Positions 27,044-34,263 of a stretch of DNA of 42,769 nucleotides are shown one piece after another (the first letter of the stretch is position 1; each line of letters begins with the position of its first letter). Source of the stretch: Candidatus Bathyarchaeota archaeon RBG_13_60_20. GTDB lineage: Archaea; Thermoproteota; Bathyarchaeia; TCS64. The stretch lies in assembly GCA_001775965.1 (NCBI GenBank), contig MEZG01000043.1, forward strand, positions 1-42,769. Reading direction: 5' to 3'. The notes under the pieces were generated by a model, which searched no databases, was not told where the DNA came from, and saw nothing but the letters and a program-made list of their open reading frames with translations. Position numbers and translations under genes: made by a program.

Positions 27044-27260
27044 CGTTCGGCGGCTCCAGCAGCCGCCTCACCGACGCCTCGCACAGGTCGAGCCTAAGCA
27101 AGCCGTTGACTCCCTTCACCACAAGCACTCGGCCCTCCACGAACTCCAGCCCGGTGACCTGGCCCAGCTCGCCCTCGAGGAGCACCTGGCCTCGCGGCCC
27201 CCGGGGTATGGACACCTGGTGGAGGCTGGACCTCCGAAGCTCGACGGAGAATGAGCTCAA
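27015..27260 (-). CDS. Hypothetical 81-aa protein upstream of the DUF1624 gene
   Basis: Codon third positions are G/C-rich with genome-typical codons (GAG, CTG, AGG). Its stop lies 1 nt from the candidate Met 27013 of the next gene. I recognise no homology. Confidence 0.3.
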   Translation of the reverse strand: MSSFSVELRRSSLHQVSIPRGPRGQVLLEGELGQVTGLEFVEGRVLVVKGVNGLLRLDLCEASVRRLLEPPNDDGCCPPSI

Positions 27261-27321
27261 CGCGCCTCACCTGAGCCCATGATCCGTGTGGAGCCGCCTT
27301 AAAATCTGTTAGCGAAGATTG

Positions 27322-27340
27322 ATGGGTTTTTAATACCCAT
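27322..27340. promoter_or_regulatory. Inverted repeat ATGGGT-N7-ACCCAT enclosing a TATA-like TTTTTAAT; candidate operator/promoter of the ArsR-like regulator
   Basis: Read directly. It lies about 40 nt upstream of ATG 27371, and a GATGGG direct repeat flanks it (27321-27326 and 27341-27346). Confidence 0.4.
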
Positions 27341-27370
27341 GATGGGAAAATAGTATCCGGCGTAACCTGG

Positions 27371-28150
27371 ATGAGCTTGGAGAAGCTATGCGACCTGTTC
27401 TTCGAGTTCAGCAACGAGGACCGGCTCAGGATGCTGCACAGGCTAAACGAGAAGCCATCGACAGTGACGACCATATCGAAGGACCTGGGCCTGACCACGC
27501 AGGAGGCTAGCCGCCACCTCACGCGGCTCGGGGAGATGGGCCTCACCGTGAAGGGCCCCAGCGGGAACCACGCCCTCACCCCCTATGGGGAGCTGTCCCT
27601 GGCCCAGCTACGGGGTTTCAACTTCACCTGCAGTCACAGCACGTACTTCGCGGCCCACGACGTGGCGAGGCTCCCCGCCCAGTTCGTGGCCCGCTTGGGG
27701 GAACTCGACCGGTGCACGTACGTGGACGACGTCATGGTGATATTCCACAGGATCGAGAAGGCGATACGGGAGGCCGAGGAGTACGTGTGGAGGCTCACCG
27801 ACCGCTACATCATCACGGCCATACCTGTGTGGGAGGATGCAATAAGGCGCGGCGTCGAGTTCAGGCTCCTGGAGCCAAGGGATATAGTAATCCCGCCGGA
27901 GTTCAACCAGGGCCCCGTGCTCGCGGCCGCCCAGGTCAGCGGCCAGTTCAGGAACAACGTGACCGATAGGGTGGACGTCTTCATGGCCCTGACGGAGAAG
28001 GAGGTGGCGGGCGTATGCTTCCCGGGGCTGGGCGGAAAGATGGACTACAGGGGATTCGCCTCAGACGACCTTGAGGCTCGCGGGTGGGCACACGACCTGT
28101 ACGAGTACTATTGGGACCGCTCATCCGTCAAGCCGCTGCGTGGCATGTGA
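27371..28150 (+). CDS. ArsR-type winged-helix transcriptional regulator with a DUF1724-like C-terminal domain
   Basis: The N-terminal wHTH is RLRMLHRLNEKPSTVTTISKDLGLTTQEASRHLTRLGEMGL. The ~170-aa C-terminal domain resembles that of the archaeal FilR1-type regulators. Confidence 0.7.
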   Translation: MSLEKLCDLFFEFSNEDRLRMLHRLNEKPSTVTTISKDLGLTTQEASRHLTRLGEMGLTVKGPSGNHALTPYGELSLAQLRGFNFTCSHSTYFAAHDVARLPAQFVARLGELDRCTYVDDVMVIFHRIEKAIREAEEYVWRLTDRYIITAIPVWEDAIRRGVEFRLLEPRDIVIPPEFNQGPVLAAAQVSGQFRNNVTDRVDVFMALTEKEVAGVCFPGLGGKMDYRGFASDDLEARGWAHDLYEYYWDRSSVKPLRGM

Positions 28151-28314
28151 GCCTCCCTGGGGGGAAGGAAAAACAATGGCTTTAGGAAGCCGTTTGCTTT
28201 AACCAGGGAGACTCTTCTTCGGTGGAACTCGGCGGCATTTAAACCCTGAGCATCAACAGCTTGAATGACATGAAAGCCCATGGAGGGCCAAAAAAATCCT
28301 AGAAAAAGAGAGTG

Positions 28315-29928
28315 CTAGGCCCTGTACGCGATCCTGCCGCCCACGACCGTCAGCAGCGTCTTGACATTCTTCAGATCCTCGGGGTCGATGCTCAGCGGGT
28401 CCCTGTCCACCACGACTAGATCGGCGAGCTTCCCCTCCTCGACGCTGCCCTTTATGCTCTCCTCCCAGGCGGCGTAGGCGCCGTCTATGCTATAAGCCCT
28501 TATGGCCTCCAGGGGCGTCACGGTCTCGGGTTGGTAGAGCGTCTGGCCGCCGCTGGTCCTCCGTGTGACCATGCCGTAGATGCCGTACCACGGGTTGGGG
28601 GTGCATATACTGGCGTCGCTGTGGCCCGGGGCGTGTATGCCCCTGTCGATGAGGGTCCTGTGGGGCCACATGTACCTCATGGCCTCGGCGCCCCTGTTGG
28701 TCAGGTAGGCGTCCCCCAGGTCGTGGAGGAATCCGGTGGCGGAGGCGTCGATGACCTCCAGCACTAGGAGCCTGTCCTGGATGCTGGGGGTCACGTAGCA
28801 GCAGTGCTCTATCCTGTGACGGTGGTCGGGCCGCGGCTTCCTCTTCAACGCCTTCTCTATGGCGTCCAGGGCCCTGTCGATGCCCCTGTCGCCAACGCCG
28901 TCCAGGCCCACCCTGATGCCCGCCTCGTGGGCCTCCCAGACCCTTCGCTCGATGTCCTCCTGGTCGTAGAGGAGCATGCCCGTGTTGCCAGGCTCCCCCA
29001 CGTAGGGCTCGTAGTAGGCTGCGGTCCGTCCGCTAGTGCTGGTGTCGAAGACCCACTCGGCCTCTGTCACCTTGAGCCACTCGTCCCCGAAGGGCGTCGT
29101 GAGGCCCATGGCTATGGCTCCCTCCACCATGCCCGGGTCCCTGCCGCTCAGGTGCACCGCCGTCCTCACCTTGAGCCCGCCCTCCCGCCTGAGGCGCTGC
29201 ATGGCCCTAAACTCGACTGGGCTAACCATGGATGCGTGGATGCTGGTCAGCCCCAGCCTGACGCACTCGTCGTAGACCATCTGGAGGCCCCTGTAGAGCT
29301 CGTCCTCTGTGTAGGGCGGCAGCCTGTGGTAGACCAGGTCCTTGGCGGCCTCGCGGAGTAGCCCCGTGGGGTTGCCCTCCGCGTCGCGCTCGATCCTGCC
29401 GTGGGGCGGGTCGGGGGTGTCCCGCGTCACCCCGGAGAGCCTTAGGGCGAGGCTGTTGGCGACGCCGTTGTGGCCGTCGCGGCGCTGAATGTAGAGCGGG
29501 TTCCTGGGGGCGGCCTCGTCCAGCTCCTTCAGGGTGGGGTACCTGCCCATCCTGACGTCGTCCATCCTGTAGCCGAGAATCCAGTTGCCGCCCGGCGTCT
29601 CAGAGGCCTTCCTCCTCACAGCCTCCAGCATAACCTCGACGGACGTGAAGTCTGGGCCGCACTCGACGCCCCGGATCAGGTAGGCGCCCCAGCTGCCGCC
29701 GGGGTGCATGTGGCTGTCGATCAGGCCGGGGAGCATCGTGAGGCCGCCCAGGTCGTGGACCTCCGTGGATTCGCCTACCGTCTCCATGACTTGCACGGTC
29801 GAGCCGACCCGCTGGAACCTCTCCCCCTTGATGGCCACCGCCTCGGCCAACGAGTCCTCGCCGTCGACTGTTATAACCTTCCCGTTGATGAGGGCCAGGT
29901 CAGCGCACAGATAACCAGGTGCTGGCAT
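28315..29928 (-). CDS. Amidohydrolase family protein (YtcJ-like metal-dependent hydrolase)
   Basis: It has the HxH metal motif (IDSHMHPG), a C-terminal GSVEEGKLADLVV segment, and a length of 537 aa. T7 and T5 runs follow on the - strand (A-runs at 28290-28296 and 28303-28307). Confidence 0.8.
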   Translation of the reverse strand: MPAPGYLCADLALINGKVITVDGEDSLAEAVAIKGERFQRVGSTVQVMETVGESTEVHDLGGLTMLPGLIDSHMHPGGSWGAYLIRGVECGPDFTSVEVMLEAVRRKASETPGGNWILGYRMDDVRMGRYPTLKELDEAAPRNPLYIQRRDGHNGVANSLALRLSGVTRDTPDPPHGRIERDAEGNPTGLLREAAKDLVYHRLPPYTEDELYRGLQMVYDECVRLGLTSIHASMVSPVEFRAMQRLRREGGLKVRTAVHLSGRDPGMVEGAIAMGLTTPFGDEWLKVTEAEWVFDTSTSGRTAAYYEPYVGEPGNTGMLLYDQEDIERRVWEAHEAGIRVGLDGVGDRGIDRALDAIEKALKRKPRPDHRHRIEHCCYVTPSIQDRLLVLEVIDASATGFLHDLGDAYLTNRGAEAMRYMWPHRTLIDRGIHAPGHSDASICTPNPWYGIYGMVTRRTSGGQTLYQPETVTPLEAIRAYSIDGAYAAWEESIKGSVEEGKLADLVVVDRDPLSIDPEDLKNVKTLLTVVGGRIAYRA

Positions 29929-30004
29929 GAGAATCGGTAGAATACCGGCTTCTACGTATTTAACGGGGACGTGGCGCTCTGCGCCTCCTCTAGTAGCTGG
30001 CCAC

Positions 30005-30952
30005 CTAGCCGACCGTTAGCCATGGGGCTGCCGTCGAGTCAACCAGCACCTTGTCCCTGGATATCAGTGCGTAGCTGTAGACCCCCGGCTCGGCCGGAGT
30101 AAACAGGAAGATATAGCTGCCCTCGCTCAGAGCCGCGAGGGGCGTCTCCTTGATGACCGCGGCCACCTGGACGCCGTTCCGCAGGACGAGCAGCGTCAGG
30201 TTGTCCCTGAAGCTGTGAACCCTGGCCGGGTTCCCCAGCCTCACGTAGACGTAAGCCGCCTCGCCGGCCTCGACCGACCCCGCTGGCTGGCCCTCCATAG
30301 TCCTCCACTCGGAGGAAAGATACACGGGTGACTGCGGCTCAACAAGCGGGTACCGTGTGGTAGTGAAGGGGAGCCAGGCCTCGAGGAACCAGAGGTGTGC
30401 CCTGACCATGCCCGATGCGCTCACCTCCACCTCTCCGCCATGAGCCCGGGCGCCCATCTCGATGAGCTCCCCCATCCTCGAAGGGTCGTCGACGTGGAGT
30501 TCGATCTCCCGGTCGATGAAACTTAAATAGGGTACCTTCGCCTTGGGGAACGACATCATCTCGTCTGCCACCAGCTCCCCTTCGACGAACAACTGCAGCT
30601 CCACGTCTGATACGCTGGGCTGCCTGACCACCACGGGGCTCAGCGCGACGCTGATAAGCCAGCGCCGTGCGTAGTCGGGGATCCTCGTGACCAGCTCAGC
30701 CTCGTCGCTCACGGAGGGCAGCGTCACGGTGATGCCGACGCTGAGCTCCTGAGTCTCCCCGCCGAGGATTCCTCGGAGGTACCCTGAGAGCTCCTCCTCC
30801 TCGATCTTGAACAGGACCTTGAGGCTCTTCATCTCCTCGTAGCTGGCGTAGAAGTTGCCCGCCTCCCGGCCTATCATGACGGTGGCGAACAGCAGGACCA
30901 GCATCAGGGCTCCCACGATCTCGTCCCGCTGAGTGTGCTTGGTTTCAGCCAT
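30005..30952 (-). CDS. Hypothetical membrane-anchored protein
   Basis: It has a single N-terminal TM helix (IVGALMLVLLFATVMIG) and then a beta-rich ~280-aa region. No motif is recognised. Confidence 0.5.
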   Translation of the reverse strand: MAETKHTQRDEIVGALMLVLLFATVMIGREAGNFYASYEEMKSLKVLFKIEEEELSGYLRGILGGETQELSVGITVTLPSVSDEAELVTRIPDYARRWLISVALSPVVVRQPSVSDVELQLFVEGELVADEMMSFPKAKVPYLSFIDREIELHVDDPSRMGELIEMGARAHGGEVEVSASGMVRAHLWFLEAWLPFTTTRYPLVEPQSPVYLSSEWRTMEGQPAGSVEAGEAAYVYVRLGNPARVHSFRDNLTLLVLRNGVQVAAVIKETPLAALSEGSYIFLFTPAEPGVYSYALISRDKVLVDSTAAPWLTVG

Positions 30953-31047
30953 CCTGTGATTTCTGGGTAACCGTGGGTAAAGTAGTTACCGGCAGGGGCA
31001 CCTGAAACCTATTTAGTGACCCGTCTGAGCATTATTTGGTAGTATAG

Positions 31048-32043
31048 ATGAATCTGGGCACGGTAACCCTGGACAGGATCAGGGACGCGGCCGACCTCAG
31101 GAGAAGCCTCAGGGGCTGGCTCCCCGTCGCCGAGTCCGTCATCGTGAAGCCCAACTGGTATAGCCCCCACCCGGCAAACTTCACGGACGCCCACGCCCTG
31201 GGGCTGCTCATGGACGCCGTGGACGCCCGCTTCACCGTGGTGGAGGGGTACAGCCTTGACAGGCAGGACGGGTCCCTGAAGTACACCGTGAACGGCGAGG
31301 AGGTGGACTGGAGGTGGATCATGAGGCACCCTGACTGGGGCTGGATCATGGAGGGCGGCCACCTGGAGCTGCTGAGGACCCAGGACAGGTGGTTCATGGA
31401 AACACACGGGTTCACGGACCTGCTGGACACCCACGACGCGGAGTACGTCAACGTCACCGAGGAGATATGGGGAGGCAGGGTCCTCGACCCGAGGATCGTC
31501 CAGGAGAAGGTCGAGTCCATTTACCCCCCAGCCAGGTCCAGGGATGTCTACGGGTTCATGCCTAGGAGGCTCGCCGACATGGAAGGCTCAACCCTCATCA
31601 GCCTGGGACGAGTGAAGGGCTACGGCGGCACCTACCCGAGCCTCACCGTGAAGAACATGTTCGGGCTCATACCAGACCCCATGAGGAGCTGGTGGCACGG
31701 GCACAAGGACGAGAGGCTTAACGACAGCATCGTGGACGCGGTGAAGCTGTACGCATCCTACTTCACCCTCTACGGCGTCTGCGAGGCCTTCAGGAACCTG
31801 ACCGTGAGCGACCCGCAGGGCGAGGTGAAGACCTCGTGGGGCTGCTACGGCGTCAGGGGGGTGGAAGGGTTCGCCGTGCACGGGCCCAACCTGATCGATG
31901 TAGACGCGGTCACGTGCGGCCTCATCGATGTGGACCCTGGTAAAGTGGGGTACATATCCGTGGGCGAGAAGGCGTTGGGCGCCTACGACAGGGACGCGAG
32001 CCTCAGAGCGGCAGCGAACAGGGGAAAATACATATCCCCATGA
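31048..32043 (+). CDS. DUF362-like protein
   Basis: The N-terminal VIVKPNW...P...FTDAHALGLLMDAV pattern resembles DUF362. The assignment is from memory. Confidence 0.5.
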   Translation: MNLGTVTLDRIRDAADLRRSLRGWLPVAESVIVKPNWYSPHPANFTDAHALGLLMDAVDARFTVVEGYSLDRQDGSLKYTVNGEEVDWRWIMRHPDWGWIMEGGHLELLRTQDRWFMETHGFTDLLDTHDAEYVNVTEEIWGGRVLDPRIVQEKVESIYPPARSRDVYGFMPRRLADMEGSTLISLGRVKGYGGTYPSLTVKNMFGLIPDPMRSWWHGHKDERLNDSIVDAVKLYASYFTLYGVCEAFRNLTVSDPQGEVKTSWGCYGVRGVEGFAVHGPNLIDVDAVTCGLIDVDPGKVGYISVGEKALGAYDRDASLRAAANRGKYISP

Positions 32044-32106
32044 GAGGAGCATGGTAAAGGCTTAAGAAAACGTGTTGTGTATGGAGCCTAACTCGGAGAC
32101 CAAGAC

Positions 32107-33900
32107 ATGAGGCAGCTGATCCACAACGGCGTCATGGTCCCGCCCCCGTACGAGGCCCAAGAGCTCTTGGTTAGGATAAAGGGCGAGGAGCACAGGTTGA
32201 CCCTAGCCCAGGAGGAGCGGGCGGTGGCGTGGGCCAAGAAGATGGGCACCCCATACGTGGAGGACCCGGTCTTCGCCGAGAACTTCCACAGCGACTTCAG
32301 CGAGGTGCTGGGCCTTAAGGTGCTCCCCGGCGACGTGGAATACACGGACATCCACAGGATGGTCCTGGCCGAGCGCGAGCACCGCCAGAACCTGCCCAAC
32401 GAGGAGAAGAAGAGGCTCAGGGACCTGAGGAAGGTGGAGCGTGAGGCCAACAAGGAGAGGTACGGGTACGCGGTCATCAACGGCGAGCGCTGCGAGCTGG
32501 GCAACTACACCGTTGAGCCCAGCGGCATCTTCATGGGCCGCGGCCAGCACCCCTTCAGGGGCAAGTGGAAGGAGGGTCCGCGCCACAGCGACATCGAGCT
32601 GAACCTGAGCCCCGATGCGCCCAAGCCGCCCGGCGACTGGAAGGCCGTCGTCTGGGACCCGGAGAGCATGTGGATAGCCCGATGGAAGGACAGGCTTACC
32701 GACAAGATGAAGTATGTGTGGCCCCATGACAGCAGCCCCATCAAGCAGCGGAAGGAGGTTGAGAAGTTCGATAAGGCTGTTGAGCTCCGCAGGAACCTGG
32801 GCAGAGTCCGTTGCCACATCATGGACAACCTGGCCAGCCCGGACCTGCGCCGCCGCAAGACCGCCACCGTCAGCTACCTCATAGACGCCCTCAAGTTCAG
32901 GGTGGGCGACGAGAAGGACGACGAGGAGGAGGCCGATACGGTGGGCGCCAGCAGCCTCCGCACCGAGCACATCGCCTTCAACCCGGATGGCTCCGTCACC
33001 TTCGACTTCCTGGGCAAGGACAGCATCCCCCTCAAGCTCACGGCCACCCTGGACCCCCGCGCCGCGGCGAACCTCAAGGAGTTCGCGGAGATGAACAGCG
33101 GGGGCCCCCTCTTCGAGGAGGTCAACAGCAGCGTCGTTAGCGAGTTCCTAGGCGAGGTCATGGACGGAGTCACCGCCAAGGTCTTCAGGACGTGCCACGC
33201 CACGGAGGCCGTGGAGAGGCGGCTCAGGGAGACGGAGGTGAAGCCAGACGAGCCAGAATACTGGAAGAGGCACGTCGCCACCCTGGCCAACTTGGACGCG
33301 GCCGTCACGTGCAACCACAAGCGCACCATACCCAAAACCTGGGAGCAGGGCCTGCAGCGCCAGAGGGAGCGCCTGGAACAGACGAAGAGGAAGGCCCGCG
33401 AGAACCTGCGCAAGTCCAAGCAGCGCATCCAGGAAGCCACAGGCAAACACGAAAGCCGGATAGCCAAACTCGAGGCCAAGCTGGAGGAGGACAAGGTCAA
33501 GCTCCAGGGGCTCAAGGAGGAGCTAAGGCAGAGGGAGGAGCAGGGTAAGCCCACAGGTAGCCTGAAGAGCCGGGTATCCTCCAAGCAGAAGAGCGTCCGG
33601 GCGACACGTGAAAGCATACAGCAGGCCAAGTCCAAGCACCGAGATGCCGCGGAGAAGCTGAGGATGCAGATGGAGGAGCGGCGAGCCAAGGACGAGGAGA
33701 CGGTGGAGAAGCTCAGGCTTCAGCTGGAAGCCAGGGAGCTGACTCGCGACTACAACCTGGGGACCAGTCTCAAGAGCTACGTGGACCCCCGCGTCTACTA
33801 CGAGTGGGGCCGCAGGGTCGACTACGACTGGAGGAGCTACTACAGCGACAACCTTGCCAAGAAGTTCAGCTGGGTGGACCCCGCGCCCGACGAGGAGTAG
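32107..33900 (+). CDS. Eukaryote-type DNA topoisomerase IB (long form with coiled-coil linker)
   Basis: All five catalytic positions are recognisable against human Top1: ADTVGASSLRTEH (Arg), FDFLGKDSIP (Lys), KVFRTCHAT (Arg), CNHKRTIPKTWE (His) and LGTSLKSYVDPRV (catalytic Tyr, codon 33778-33780). A K/R/E-rich linker precedes the Tyr domain. Confidence 0.9.
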   Translation: MRQLIHNGVMVPPPYEAQELLVRIKGEEHRLTLAQEERAVAWAKKMGTPYVEDPVFAENFHSDFSEVLGLKVLPGDVEYTDIHRMVLAEREHRQNLPNEEKKRLRDLRKVEREANKERYGYAVINGERCELGNYTVEPSGIFMGRGQHPFRGKWKEGPRHSDIELNLSPDAPKPPGDWKAVVWDPESMWIARWKDRLTDKMKYVWPHDSSPIKQRKEVEKFDKAVELRRNLGRVRCHIMDNLASPDLRRRKTATVSYLIDALKFRVGDEKDDEEEADTVGASSLRTEHIAFNPDGSVTFDFLGKDSIPLKLTATLDPRAAANLKEFAEMNSGGPLFEEVNSSVVSEFLGEVMDGVTAKVFRTCHATEAVERRLRETEVKPDEPEYWKRHVATLANLDAAVTCNHKRTIPKTWEQGLQRQRERLEQTKRKARENLRKSKQRIQEATGKHESRIAKLEAKLEEDKVKLQGLKEELRQREEQGKPTGSLKSRVSSKQKSVRATRESIQQAKSKHRDAAEKLRMQMEERRAKDEETVEKLRLQLEARELTRDYNLGTSLKSYVDPRVYYEWGRRVDYDWRSYYSDNLAKKFSWVDPAPDEE

Positions 33901-34182
33901 TTATCCTCCGCCGATGGGCGGCATCACCCTCACTGTGTCCCCGTCAACCAGAACCTTTCCGAACCCGCCGAGACCAGATATATCAACGTCGTTGACGCTG
34001 AACATCAGGTAGTCCAGGGGCCGGCCGTTCCCGTCAAACGCGTATTCCTCCAGAGGGCCGTGGAGCCCCACGAGGGCGCGAACAAGGTCGAGCACCGTAG
34101 ACCCCTCCGGCAGCGAGACGGCCTCATCACCTGTTCCGGCCGCCTCCCGGGCCATAGCGTAGTACCTGACCCTGACCCTCAC
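33901..34182 (-). CDS. MoaD/ThiS-family ubiquitin-like small protein with a C-terminal Gly-Gly
   Basis: The 93-aa protein ends ...VMPPIGGG and has a MoaD-like N-terminus (RVRYYAMAREAAG). Its stop abuts the TopIB stop (TAG|TTA at 33898-33903). Confidence 0.75.
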   Translation of the reverse strand: MRVRVRYYAMAREAAGTGDEAVSLPEGSTVLDLVRALVGLHGPLEEYAFDGNGRPLDYLMFSVNDVDISGLGGFGKVLVDGDTVRVMPPIGGG

Positions 34183-34263
34183 AGACGGATAATGGTCCTC
34201 GGCCGCTTATGGGTCTTTTCGATAACATTATTGGACGCCGCGACCTGATCATACCTGATTTCA

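Noticed and set aside
27094-27579. 161-aa minus-strand ORF overlapping the start of the ArsR-like regulator gene.
   Set aside because: It overlaps a well-supported wHTH gene and the promoter region, and its translation is Ser/Arg/Pro-rich without motifs. The shorter 27015-27260 ORF is retained only at low confidence.
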